From Camelus ferus (Eukaryota), in the NCBI RefSeq assembly GCF_009834535.1, contig NC_045696.1:63552001-63616000 (forward strand): a stretch of DNA of 64,000 nt, written 5' to 3'. The first letter of the stretch is position 1. Every line of letters starts with the position of its first letter. The notes under the pieces were generated by a model. The model ran no database searches, had not been told where the DNA came from, and saw only the letters and a list, made by a program, of their open reading frames with translations. The translations under genes were made by a program, and so were the position numbers. Below are positions 1 to 12,032 of the stretch, one piece after another.

Positions 1-820
1 ACGGAGGGGACATCACGACAAGCTTCATCTGGGTTATAAACTTACTGCTACGGCAATGCGTAATTTATATTGTACTTTTCCTCCAGACAAGTGAATTCCC
101 TCTTACATTTATTGTTATGTTTATGCTTTTGATATCCCAAGAGCGAAAGGGGGCATCTTTGATGTGACAGCCAATGTAACTTGCTGAGTGTTCTGTCGTC
201 TGCTGGGAGCCCATGTGTAGGTAACACTCCTGCCACAGCATGCAAAGAATGTCACTCATTCTGGGGTATCAGTGACAGGATTTTCAGGGCAGTCACTACA
301 TGCACAAGCCCCTATGCCAAGGGACAGAGTTGGCTGACCAAAGAGGAAGACCTCAGTGGGCGACATCATATAGTCATTCCTTCCCTTGAACTTAACTGGT
401 TGTGCGCCCTGTCACTGGGCTAGCGGTGGGCAGAGAGAGATGATAGAACCAGATTGTTGTCCTCCAGAGGAAAACCAGTTACCTCCAATTTAGTAAAGTG
501 ACGAGTCTTGCTGAAATAAAAACCAATTTTATGTGGATGTGATTGACTCAGGCTCCTGGCACTACTAGCATCTTTCTCCCCTTCCCGCTGTATCTTTAAA
601 TTTAGATATTGGCTTAATAAGTATCCACCGAACGCCTCCTGCATGCTGGGCCCTGGGCTTGGAGCTGAGGAGGATGCGGAGATCATCAGTGAGGGCCGTG
701 GGTCCGGGAGCTCACAGGCCACGGTGGAGATGCCACTTGCATCAATATACAAAGCAGACTGTGATCAGCCGTCTAAGTGGGGCCCCACAGACAAGCCACT
801 GGGCAAGAACACAGACTCAC

Positions 821-915
821 CGAAGAGCCGTCAGATCTGGCAAAGTAACTCTCCGGTGGGTTGGTACGACTTTCTCCAGTGTCCTCACTTGGGGCTCCCT
901 ATGGGTTTCAGCAGC
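821..915 (-). other. Candidate internal exon (probably non-coding or 5'UTR)
   Basis: On - strand: donor TCG|GTGAGT (ACTCAC at 815-820) and acceptor ...CTACCCAG| (CT at 916-917; alternative at 924-925). Lies downstream of the - strand donor in the 7.7 kb island. No recognisable peptide. Confidence 0.25.
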
Positions 916-3239
916 CTGGGTAGCTGGAGTTTGACAGGCACAGGTAGGATGGCTCTCTCCCGCTCTCCCAGTATTCTGAGATTCCCTGTTTCCTTGGCAG
1001 GATCAGGGGATAGAAACCATTCATGACCTCAGTGAATGTCCGCCCTGGAAAAGGGTCCAAAGAGGCTTTAGTCCAATTTCCCTCATTTGGACAAACTGAG
1101 GCCCAAAGAAGGAACCTGCTCTCATTGGGAACCCATGAAGCAGAGCGGTGGTGCGGCCTGTCTCGGAGCCCTCGGGGTTGGCATTATTCCTCTGAAGGTA
1201 TCTAAAGAAGAACAGAGCAAGGGGGTCCCCTGCTGCCTACAGCACAGAGATATCTGTCACGGGAACGAAGGGAAAACCCACAGTGAACAAGCTGTCTCTT
1301 CTTGTCTGCGCCATTTTCCCACGTCGGGAGCAGACCATGCTGAGAAATTTAGGTTTCTCCTTTCATGTTGCCTTTCACTGCACACTGGACAGAAGGCCTT
1401 TCTTTCCCCTCTTTCTTTGGCAGGATCCTGATGAAGCCTGTAGAAAAAGAATCTTTTAAGAACATATATATCTATCTATCGAGATACATTCAGGCCCTGA
1501 CAGTGACACGAAACTGTAGTGCCTCTTAATTACCCAGGAAGTGACAAGGTCAAGAGGTGTCTGCAAGCTGCCTTGTGGTTCTGGGCATTGATTTCTCAGC
1601 ATTGTCGCCGCTTCACAAGCTAAAGTGGGGGCCACGGCGCCTGGGCTTTGTCCACTGTTTGGATTTTCTTTCTTCCTCCCTCACTCTTTTTTTTTTTTTT
1701 TTTTTTTTTTAATTTGAAAAGAAACTTCTGGCATTTTGAGTATTGGTGGAAATGTATAAAAGCAGGATGCATTTCAGGTTGGCTGACCAGTCATGACTGC
1801 TGCCTGGGCGCTGGGGGGGGAGTCACCCCTCCACCCCAGGCCTCATTCTCCGGCTGCTCTCTCCCACTCTCTCCCTATTACTTTTGGACTTTCCAGGAGA
1901 AAATGTCAGAGAAGATTTTTACTGTCCATAAACAGCCACTGGCTTTATTTATGGTCTTAAGTTACGTCCTTAGTTCTTGCTGCAGAGTTTTGAGGCAGAT
2001 AGTGGTCATTTTTAAAGGAGGGAGCCAAGGTTTACCAGCATGCTCATTGAGAAATTAAGTTAGAATAAAAAAACAGAACTGCAGGAGCTGGAAGCTTCAG
2101 GTCCAAGTTGTAGAATTTCCTGTGAAGTGTTGTTGAGTAGTATTTTGGGGCACAGTAGCCAGAGCCTTCTCTAGAGAAGTCAGAGAAATTAGTGCCCAGA
2201 GGCTTGCCTGAGTATTTCGTTCTTCATTAATTACTTCGAAGTACTTCGTTCTTCACTTTTATGGGAAGTGATTACATCGCCAGAGCAGAGGAATGGTAAA
2301 TTCTTGGTCTGATAATCCAGGAGTTCTTCAAAACGCTGCCAAGTCCTAGTGGATGTTAGAAATTCCACGGAGAAGAAAAGTCAGAACCAACAGCATGCAG
2401 GTCTCCAGTTTTTCCTTTTTCATGTCCAAGAGGACCTCTCTGTGCAAACACAACTCTGAATTTTCTAGAACTCTCAGGAAGGAGTCAGAGGCATAGCATT
2501 TTCCTCTTCACTGTACAAAGGACACCTTGGAAACTTAAGGTCCCAAATCTACTGGTGTTAAATATAGAATCTATAATAAGAGAAAGCGTGCCTCTCTTCA
2601 CGGCAGTCTTAGTTTTCCTCCCAAACCTTCCTGCTTTTCAGCAAGGTTTGAAACATCCCTAAAAATGTTTTAAAGGATAAAGGACAGAGTGAGGAGTTAG
2701 GGTTGGGAGTCCAGGCAAAGTCTTAGCCTCTCTTTCCCTCTCTAGACTGTGGTTTCCTCTTCAGAAAAATAAGCAGTTGGCCTGGTTGACCTGCCATTCA
2801 GCTGGGACCCAAAGAACAGAAACAAGAAATACATTGACATCTACTTCTGAATGCTAGTAGAAACTCATCAGGCTTCAGGTTAGGGACAAATTAAAATTTA
2901 TCTGTCCCTTTGTCATCTGTAAACATTGACTGCAGAGGACTTGAAATCCAGACTGAATGAAATATTTCCAATGCCTCTCCCCAAGATCAGACATAGATTG
3001 TGGATAGATAGATGAGACATAGACATTGTTGAATAAATGTTGACTAAGTAAACACATTCACATAATGCAGACACCCAGGTATGAGGATGTCGTGTAACTC
3101 TAGGAAATGCTGCCAGCCTGTTATCTGTCTGCTCAACAATTCATAGACCTTCCACCCTTGCTTCCATCTGGGCATCCACCCACCTATCCACCGGTCAGCT
3201 TACCAGTCTGCCAGTCTGGCCATCTCATTCATTCACACT

Positions 3240-3480
3240 CTACATGGGAGACAGGTAAGTGTCATAACAAAGAGGTTTAGAAAAGTGCTGGGGGGCTCAG
3301 ATAAAGGGAAGGATCCTTTCTACTGGAGACTTTAGAGAAGGCTTCGTGGAAGAGCTGGCATTTGAACTGAATTTTGAAGGATGTGGAGTGTGTGAGGAAG
3401 AAGGGGTATGGGGAAGATGGTAATGAGCGAAGACACAGAGATAGGAAAGTCCTGTGTTTGGGGCACATTGAGTAGTCAAG
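3240..3480 (-). mobile_element. L2 LINE fragment
   Basis: GAAGGCTTCGTGGAAGAGCTGGCATTTGAACTGAATTTTGAAGGATG is a typical antisense L2 3' segment. Confidence 0.65.
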
Positions 3481-4199
3481 AAAGAAGGTCAAATAAGAAA
3501 GGAGACTAAAGAAACATTAACTTTGGGGACCAAAGCAATCAAGGAGAGTACCCAGCCGTTTCGGTGGACAGTGGAACCGGCCATTTTTACAGTAGAGAGA
3601 GTGCCCGTGAGAAGGAAGTGGAGGAGGTGGGAGGGGTGGGGAGCCAGAAGACAAGGACTAGCACGTTTTGTTATGGCAAAGGATGTGCAAATAAAATATG
3701 GAAAAGCAGAAGTAAACCCTGCATGCGTATTATATGAAGTTTTACAAGTGCCTTACATTCAGTCTCCAAGAGTTCTCGGAGTAACTTTTCATAAAACTTT
3801 GAAAAGTCAAGGAGACTGGGTTCGTAAGAGACTCATGAAGGAGTGGGAGGTAGGCGGGTGTGAAAGGAATTTCACTGTTTTTGTGTGTGAGACCAGAGCT
3901 CTTCCACCTTCTTGCACCTGGCCCTCTCATGCTATTTTTCTGGCATTGCTGACGTGGAAGCTTGAGTGGGTGGAGCCCGCTGCTGTGCCCTGAGCCAGAT
4001 GGTTTTTCAGCCTGGGAAGCACCGTCTGGACTGCAGGCTGGAGGACCTGGGTTGGAATCCTGTCTTTGCACCTCATGCATGACCCGGAGTTGCACAAACT
4101 CTTTAAAATGGTATTATTGAAATGTTTATAGTAAGGATTAATTACAGTGACCTCTGGAAAGAGAAACCAGCTCCATACATTAAGCCCCTCAAATATGCT

Positions 4200-4380
4200 G
4201 GCTCTTTCACAAGTTATCTCATTTTATCCCTAAGATAGCTTCCTGAGGTAGGAATTATTCCCCTTCTTTGGCAAATAGGGTAATTGAGACCAGAGAGTCT
4301 GAGTAACATTCCCATGATCACACAGCTAGTTAAGTGGTGGCAGAACTAGGTTCCAAACTCAACACACTGGATGACAAGTT
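4200..4380 (-). mobile_element. MIR SINE
   Basis: AATTGAGACCAGAGAGTCTGAGTAACATTCCCATGATCACACAGCTAGTTAAGTGG resembles the antisense MIR core. Confidence 0.8.
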
Positions 4381-4925
4381 AGTCACCACTTTACGATGTT
4401 GGGGCTTCAGTTACTGTAGAACTCTTGAGACAGGGATTCCTGAGGGCTCTGAGCTATTACGTAATTAGTATGCATCTCTGTAATTGTATTTAAGTAGAAG
4501 AGGAGTGGAAGGTTGGGGGAGGGAGGGAACGCTAGAGGAAAATATGAGAGTGCTGAGAATGAAGAGGCACAGTAACTTCGCAAGTTCCTTAAACGAATTC
4601 CTCAAAAATGGGGGCAGGGGAGGAGTGGGGAAAGATAGGGCGCGCCGTTGGGGTGACTAGACCAGACGGCCTCGGCCCCAGTGTCCAGCCCACGCGCTGC
4701 CCTGTGGCGGGGGACCTAGTAACCACAGCGCACAGCAAAGCAAATACTTCTTTGTTAGTTTTGCTAAAAGAAAATAAGAGAAACATCATTTACTCCCTGA
4801 GGCGCCTGTGCTGAGCCAGCTGTTTTGCAGCCCCCATGCTGGGCTGCGGTCCTCTGCCTCTTACGGTACCTTGAGTATTCAAGGGAAGGGAAATCCAGGA
4901 TTTTTAGCAGCAGTATCTTTTTCTT

Positions 4926-5067
4926 TTCTTTTTTTTTTTTTTTACGTTTTTTATTGATTTATAATCATTTTACAATGTTGTGTCAAATTCCAGTGTAGAG
5001 CACAATTTTTCAGTTATACAGTGAACATACATATATTCATTGTCACATTTTTTTCTCTGTGAGCTAC
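4926..5067 (-). mobile_element. Young 5'-truncated L1 3' end with poly(A) tail and TSD
   Basis: Poly-T then TTTATTGATTTATAATCATTTTACAATGTTGTG; exact 15-bp TSD CAGTATCTTTTTCTT at 4911-4925 and 5068-5082. Confidence 0.85.
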
Positions 5068-5089
5068 CAGTATCTTTTTCTTATAAAGA

Positions 5090-6300
5090 GTGAAATGCTC
5101 AAATCTGAAGTGTTCTGTTTTGACGAATGCACATCAAGGCCTGGAACATTCCCATCACCCCAGAAAGTCTGCCTGGGGTCCTTCCTTCCTGGTCAATCCC
5201 TGTCTACCTCGGCAACCGCGGTCTGATTTCTATCACCCTTGGTTGGTTTTGACTCTTCTAGGGTTTCCTATAAATGCCATGATACCGGGTGTTTGGCTCA
5301 CGTTTGCCTTCTTTCACATAGATTATTTTGAGATTCACTTGTGTTTTGGCATGTCCTGGTAGATCATTCATTTTTATCAGTAGTAGTATTCCATCATGTG
5401 AACACAGTGTAGCTTATTTATCTAGTTTCTTGTGGTGGGCATCTGGGTAGTTTCCAATTTTGGCCTATAATGAGAAAAGCTGCTACAGTCATTCTTATGG
5501 GACTTTCTGTAGACGGATGTTTGCATCTCCCTTAGGTAAATGCCTATGAGCAGAATTGCTGGGTCGGGGGGTAGTTGCGGTGGTGGGCTGGGGTGGGTTG
5601 GTACTGGCTCCGAGAGGCAATTATACTCATCTACTCCCAGCTTGGCTTCCAGTGATGTCATTGGCAACTTGAAATCAGCCACGGTGAGAGAATTTATACC
5701 AGGGAAATTAGCAGATGCTACAAATCAGGCTTGTTTTTCTTCTGGGGAGCCAGTTGTTAAACATTTACCAGTACACCACTGGGTAGATGTGTGTTTAACA
5801 TTTTAAGAAACAATTAGCTTTTCAAAGTGGCTGAACCATTTAACATTCTTCCCAGAGATGTATGAGAATTCTGATTGCTCCATATCCTGTCCAACATCTG
5901 GTGCTGTCAGTTTTTAATTTCAGCCGTTTTGGTGCAGTGGTATCTCATTGTAGTCAGAATTTGCATTTTTCTGGTGACTGATGATGTTGAGGGCTTTCCC
6001 ATGTGCTTATTGTGGCCATTTGTATGTCTTCGTTTGTAAAGTGTCTGTTTAGCCTTTGGTCATTTAAAAAAAACTGGATTATTTGTCTTCTTATTATTGA
6101 GTGGTGGGAATTCTTTCTATATTTTACATATAGGCCCTTTGTCAGATATTTGTTTTATGCATATTTTCTCCTAGTCTATGGTTTGCCTGTTTATTTTCTT
6201 GATGGTATTTTTTTTTTGTGAGCAGATATTTGAAATTTTGATGACATACAATTTATCAAATTTTAACGTACAGTTTGTATTTTCTGTGTCTGCTCTAAGA
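5090..6300 (-). mobile_element. Old L1M (L1MB/MC/ME-type) 3' region, interrupted by MER63
   Basis: Antisense L1M hallmarks: GGGCATCTGGGTAGTTTCCAATTTTGGC, GGTATCTCATTGTAG...ATTTGCATTT, TGGCCATTTGTATGTCTTC. Confidence 0.85.
5578..5781 (+). mobile_element. MER63A-like hAT-Blackjack DNA transposon
   Basis: Ends CGGTGGTGGGCTGG and ACCAGTACACCACTG; internal CTTGAAATCAGCC...GCTACAAATCAGG; 8-bp TSD GGTAGTTG (5570-5577) / GGTAGATG (5782-5789). Confidence 0.85.
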
Positions 6301-7569
6301 TATTCTCTTTTGCTCCCTCTGCCTGGAGTGTACTTCCCCATTGCTTCTGTCTGGAGAACCATTCATTTTTCAAGCCCCAACAAAAAGGGCACCTCTTTGG
6401 GAAATACTTTCTGGACTTCAACTAGCAGCATCCTCACCCCTGTACCCCCAAGTAGTTTGTACCTCTCTGATCATGCTATGATGCAACTGTCTCTTCATGG
6501 GTTTTTCTAGCCTTCCTGACTGGGAGCTCCAATTGGAGTCTGAGGGTCTTCTGGATTGTATTCTCCTTGGTATCTTCTCCTCCTCCTACTCTTCCGCCCT
6601 AGTCTCTTTTCTGATCTCCATCAGAAGCCGGTGTTTAGCTTATAGTAGGCTCACAGTGAATGCTAGCTGATTGAGTGAATTAACTCAAATGTACCCAGGA
6701 CCTCATAAATCTCCATAGTTGACCTCTTGGTCCTTTGATGATGTTGTAAGGTTTGAGACCATATTGCTTGTGAATCCGAGGATGAAGCAGTTTATTTTGC
6801 AGAGCAAAAGTGCATTTGAAAAATTCTACCAGTTCTACCAAAGTCAGAGTTATTGAGAATCCTTGGTGAGAATCCATTGAGGAACCAGTGTGATTCTGCT
6901 CAGAGAAAGTCAAGGTTGGGCAGCTCTGTGTGCGTGTGTGTGCGCGCGATGGGGGGGGGGGGTGCCTGCATCTGAACTTTGAGAGAAAGTTGACAAAGCA
7001 CTGGGCTGGTGGTTAGACAAACCTGGGGTTAAGCACATTTATAGCTATGTGACTTAAGGCAAGTGTTTCACTGCTTTTAGTGGGAGTGGATCTTGGCTAG
7101 AGATCGGCTGGCCCCCTCACTATAGACTAAAAGGTGGAGGATGGATGTGATGGAGAGCCCTCTGCCCACCCCTCCCCCACCAAAGACAGGCAGTTCCCAC
7201 CTGAATCTAGAGGCAAGAGTGGTCCCACCCCTAGCAAGTCACTTCTCTCTAAATTGTTTTTTTTTTTTCCCATGGTAAACTGGGGAGGGTAGTAGAGGGA
7301 CCTTATCCCCCTCCGCCCACCCTTCAGGGGCTTTTCAAGAGTGTATGTAGACAGTGGGAGTCAGGCCTTTGGAAATTGTGCTTAACTGCACAGGCACGTG
7401 GTGCCTGCATGCCAGGGGGTGGGGAGGTCCCTTTCTTTCCTTCCTTCGTTCACTCATTCATTTATTCATTCCACTTTTATTCAGCATCCGGGTGAGCCAC
7501 GCATCGGAATTCAAAACAAAACAAAACCAACCCCAAAGGCCTCTGCAGTGGTGTCCAGCCCTGCAAGGG

Positions 7570-7900
7570 TTAAGCGGGCGGCGTGGGAGGCGGGAGAGCG
7601 CGCGGCGGGTGCCAAAGTCGGAACCTGCTCGGCAGCGGCTCCGGCGCTGCCTTGACTCGCGGCCAGGCCTGGCGCGGGCCGCCGGCTGTGGAATGTGTGA
7701 GCGCCATGTGTCACCGCCCCAGACTGTGGGAAAACGCTGCTCCGCTCACCTCCCAGCAGCTGCCCCGCGCCCGCCGGCCAGCCGAGCCGGGAAACGGGAG
7801 CCGCCTGCCGCGAGGGCCCCGGGGGCACTTCCGCGCGCCCGCCGCACCCACCGCTCCGCCCGCCCGCCTACTGCAGCCGCAGCGGCAGCCCAGCAGGGCC
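7570..7900. promoter_or_regulatory. CpG island, probable promoter/first exon of a leftward (- strand) transcript
   Basis: Dense CpG; GC boxes 7856-7868; ETS CACTTCCG 7826-7833; - strand donor GAG|GTGAGC (GCTCAC 7744-7749); TEAD TGGAATGT 7689-7696; RBPJ TGTGGGAA 7725-7732. Confidence 0.75.
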
Positions 7901-8989
7901 CTGTCCTTGCCTTTCAGATACTGGCTGTAAGATCTAGTCTCTCTCGGTTTAGTTAGGCTGGCCCTGTTAGACCCAGCAGTCGTCTGAGAGCAGGGCGTGG
8001 GGAATGAGGGCCAGGAGGGCTGTGGTTTGAGACACCACTGGGGGTGTCCATTGAGCACCTTCTCGGTGCCCCACTAGGCGCCGTGGGGTCATGCTCAGTG
8101 ATCAGAACTCTGAGTTGGAGGCCCTGCTGTACCTGGGTCCCCCAAATCAGAAACAGCTTCCTTCAGGGCCAGAGGCTCTGAGCCACTCTGCGGGATCATG
8201 CCTCCTCTCTCCGTGCACCCACGACTCCAGCGCAGCGCCTGGTGTAAATGGGAACCACGCGGTACTCAGAAATCCCCCAGGCCAAGGCTGTCTAAGTCCA
8301 GCCACGCTGGGAAACTTAGACAAGTTCACCCTGCTGGGTGGCAACAAAACTACTTATAGAATCCAAGACTGGGGCCCCTTCTGCCACACCCCCAAAACTC
8401 CCTTCCTAGGCATCATGCCCTTCTCAGCAGCCAAGTGCCCTAATTGAGTTCCCTGCCTTAGAGAAGTTGGGAGTGGAGCACTCACATGTGGAGGGTGGGG
8501 GTAAACCGTGTGTGCTGGGACCCCAGCAGCTTTGCCCAAAGTCATCCTTACGCTGCTAGAGGTCCTACTCCTGTCACCTCACCATGTCTTCCTAGGGGTG
8601 CACTGCCTACAAGCCTTGGGCCCTGGTTAGTGAAACCTCCCCTGCATCCCAGTGCTACATCAGCATCTTTCAATGTCGGTACCCAGCTCCTGCTTGTCCT
8701 TCAATGTCTGGGCCCAAGGTCAGGGGACAACTGGTCCCTCTCCTGAACTCCTGAAATACTTGACACCTGTCCCTTCTTCTGGCATTTACAGCCACCTACA
8801 GTTTGTGATCTACATGTCTTCTCCTTTCTTCTATGATTGCTTAAGGATGGGGACTATGTTGCCCTCCTTTCTATATTAGCCACAAACCGTAGTTTGGAAG
8901 TTCTGCTTAATGGTGTCTCTTCTGTTTGTTGGCTGCACGATCTAGTGTAGGAATGCTTTTCCAATGCCATCTATCACTGGCTCACAATT

Positions 8990-9135
8990 TCACTTATTGG
9001 CTGTGTGACCTGGGCAAGTTATGCAATGCACTTCTTGAAGCCTCAGATTTCTCACCTGTAAGATGGAGACAAGTTCAATTGGTATTGGGTCTGAAGTGAC
9101 TTGTGTAGTGGATGGCACACAACAGGAGCTCAATT
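8990..9135 (+). mobile_element. MIR SINE
   Basis: CTGTGTGACCTGGGCAAGTT...GCCTCAGATTTCTCACCTGTAAGATGG core. Confidence 0.8.
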
Positions 9136-9366
9136 TAAAGTACATATATACATATATATTTATATGAAATTGCTAAAATATTTAGTATGTGAATTCTTAT
9201 CAGCATACACATAAAATATGCCGATACTAAATGACTAGTATTTTCAAGGACTATTTCAATATGGTACAACTATCTCTTTGTTAGCTAGCCTGGTGGTTGG
9301 GGAAACTCCTTGTTATCTCAGTGTGGGCCATCTGTTGTTTATTTTTGTGTATTTCCCCTTTCCCAG

Positions 9367-9432
9367 TGTCCTTTCGGGGGCCGCGGTGACAGAGTTGAGA
9401 CTGGACATAGAGAAGCAAATGTCTCGGTGTAG
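9367..9432 (+). other. Candidate 66-nt exon
   Basis: Long pyrimidine tract TTTTTGTGTATTTCCCCTTTCCCAG| and consensus donor TAG|GTAAGT at 9433. Confidence 0.4.
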
Positions 9433-10007
9433 GTAAGTGTGTGTGTCTAAACGTGTCTCACTGCCACACTGGACAGACTCCTGTCTTCTCAGGACCACTT
9501 TTCTTCCTCCCTCAGGGCATGACTTTTAACCAGATAGGCATCTCTTAAGCATCTGCTGTGTGCAATGCTTCATGCTGGGACTGTGGGTAATAGAGACCTG
9601 CATGTTCCTACCTGCAAAGAGCTTCTCTCCTCAGTGGAGGTGCAGAATGGGCACGCACGGGGGAAATTACTGACTCAGCAAGAGAGAGTGTCACAAATTT
9701 AGTGCTATCATGTGAGGGCAGGCGACAATGACACAGGGTTCCGAGGAAGGAGAGAGCGGTGATGGTGGGGGTATTGTCTACCAGGGCAGCCATAGCAAAA
9801 TGCCATAGGCCGGTGAGAGGGAGGGGGAGCTTAAACAAGAAACAGTGATTTTCTCACAGTTTTAAAAGCCTGAAAGTCCCAGGTCAAGGTGCTGTTTTTT
9901 GTTGAGAGCTCTCTTTCTGGCTTGCAGATGGCCACCTTCTCACTGTGTCCTCACATGGCGGGGCCGGGGTGGGGCAGTCTTTTCTCATAAGGTTTTTCTC
10001 AGCTGTC

Positions 10008-10530
10008 TTTTTTTTTTTTAATTGAAGTATAGTTGATTTACAATGTTGTGTTACTTTCTAGTGTACAGCAAAGTGATTGAGTTATACATATATAGATTCT
10101 TCTTCAGATTCTTTTCCATTATAGATTATTACAAGATACTGAATATAGCTCCCTGTGCTATACAATAGGGCCTTGTTGTTTATCTGTTTTATATAAAGTA
10201 ATATATATCTGTTAATCCCATACTCCTAATTTATCCCTCCCCCTCCTTCCCCTTTGGTAACCATAAGTTTGTTTTCTGTGTCTGTAAGTCTGTTTCTGTT
10301 TTGTAAATAAGTTCATTTGTATCATTTATTTATTTAAATAATATCTTTTATTATTATTTTTTAAATTTGGGGGGGGAGGTAATTAGGTTTATTTATTATT
10401 GGAAGTACTGGGGATTGAACCCAGGACCTTGTGCATGCTAAGCATGCACTCTACCACTGAACTACACCCTTTCTGCCTTGTATCATTTCTTTAGATTCCA
10501 GATATAAGTGATATCATATAATATTTTTGG
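10008..10530 (-). mobile_element. Artiodactyl-type L1 3' end
   Basis: Poly-T then AATTGAAGTATAGTTGATTTACAATGTTGTG; flanked by TGTCTTTTTTT at 10004 and 10532. Confidence 0.85.
10328..10477 (-). mobile_element. Vic-1-like tRNA-derived camelid SINE
   Basis: GTACTGGGGATTGAACCCAGGACCTTGTGCATGCTAAGCATGCACTCTACCACTGAACTACACCC (antisense A/B boxes); 11-bp TSD TTGTATCATTT at 10317-10327 and 10478-10488. Confidence 0.9.
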
Positions 10531-11899
10531 GTGTCTTTTTTTAAAAGGACACCTATGCTGTTGGATTAGGGCCCTTCACTTATAACCTCATTTAACCTTA
10601 ACTACTTCCTTAAAGTCCCTATCTCCAAATACAGTCCACATTAGGAGAATTAGAGTGTCAACATATGAATTTGGAGGCGGGGAGCACAATCCAGTCATAG
10701 CAGTGGGGAAAGGGTGTGACTCAGTCCAGAAGGAGAGCCCTCCTTGGTTAGGTGGGCAGAGGGCACATCTGGTGAAGGGAACAGCTTGGGCAGAAGTGCA
10801 GAGGAAGGGGCGAGCAGGCATGAGGAGCCTGGCATGGCTGGTACCAAAAGTGTGTGCCAGGCGGGAAATAAGTTTGAGAAACTTGGGGTGTGGCCAGATT
10901 ATGGAAGGTTCTGAATGCTGGGTATTTGGAGGGTTTTTAAGCCTGAGTTTGTGCTTAACGTATCCTGGAAATAGGAGATGAAGAAGGTTTGGGAGTGGAG
11001 GTGTAAACGCTTATTAAAAGACATGACAACAATAAGGCTTTGAAAATGCTTCTTCTAGGCACCAGTTATAGGAAACCTAATCCTAGTTTTCAGATGAGGG
11101 CACCAAGGGTAAGAAAGGTCAAGTGACGAGACTAAGACCAACAGTGGGTTAGTGGGATGCCATGATCAGTGCTGGCACTTGGCTGGCTCCCCAGTAGACC
11201 CACCTTCCACTGTCCGCCTTGGTCCCTGGGTACCAGGTGGAGAGAGGGACTCAAGGAAGGTCCGTGGGCTGGGCTTGTGCCAAACTGATTAGAGGAGGGT
11301 GAGCGCAGGGGCAAAGGCAGCTGGAACCTCCAGCAGTGATCTAGATGAGAACCGCTACCCCCATCCCCCATCCCCCCGAGCGGGCTGGGCAGGACCAGCC
11401 CCCGTGAACCTGTGAGGGGGCAGTGGAGAGTGGGCTGGAATGGACTTTTGAGGACTGGGGAGGATTTGGATTAGGTGGGCAGGCAGGAAGAAGGGCGTTT
11501 TACATCTGCTGGGATATTTTGCTTGCTGTTATCATGGCCGTTGAAGATGACACTCTGAACCATGCATTTAGGTTAATGCTTTAAATAGTAACACACCAGA
11601 TTTAACCAAAATCCAAACAATATGACAGTACAGACAGAAAGGCAGAAACATCTGGGAGATATTAAGTGCCTGGGAGCAGTGGTTTTTCTAAATCAAAATC
11701 CATGGGGCTGACTTCTAGGGAAACTCACCCTTCTTTAGATGAAGAAACTGAGGCTCAGAAAGAATAAAAGCTACCTCAAGCCACACGGTAAGTGGCAGAG
11801 CTGGTTGACCCCAGATCTGTCTGGCTCCAATGTCTGTCCTCTTTCCACCCACATGACGCTGACCCTGGGCCTGTTCGACACTTGGATATCAGGTATCCA

Positions 11900-12032
11900 T
11901 GTGGTAACTATATTTTCCAAACCCCAAACAGGGACACATGGTTTGACAAGTGTGAAGGCACTTATCAGGACAAGAGGCTAGAATGTTTTAAATTAGGACC
12001 ATCCGGGCAAATCCAGGTCATCTGGTCATCAC
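11900..12032. mobile_element. MER81/MER94-like hAT-Blackjack relic
   Basis: GGTAACTATATTTTCCAAACCCCAAACAGGGACAC ... GGACCATCCGGGCAAATCCAGGTCATCTGGTCATC with degenerate inverted ends. Confidence 0.55.

Larger units (their letters stand above)
9770..10702 (-). mobile_element. MLT1 (MaLR) solo LTR containing an L1 and a SINE
   Basis: GTATTGTCTACCAGGGCAGCCATAGCAAAATGCCATAG...TCAACATATGAATTTGG...CAGTCATAGCA; 5-bp TSD GTGGG at 9765-9769 and 10703-10707. Confidence 0.85.
9535..10990 (-). mobile_element. L2 fragment split by the MLT1 insertion
   Basis: Antisense L2 3' end (TTAAGCATCTGCTGTGTGC...) at 9535-9765 resumes at 10708-10990 (GAAGGGAACAGCTTGGGCAGA...GGCCAGATTATGGAAGG). Confidence 0.6.

Noticed and set aside
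420..1026. ORFs of 110-127 aa near the left edge
   Set aside because: They overlap an L2-like relic (~610-720) and resemble no known protein.
7354..8058. Overlapping Arg/Ala/Pro-rich ORFs on both strands (similar ones at 17086-17592 and 61572-62292)
   Set aside because: These are the expected by-product of stop-codon scarcity in CpG islands.
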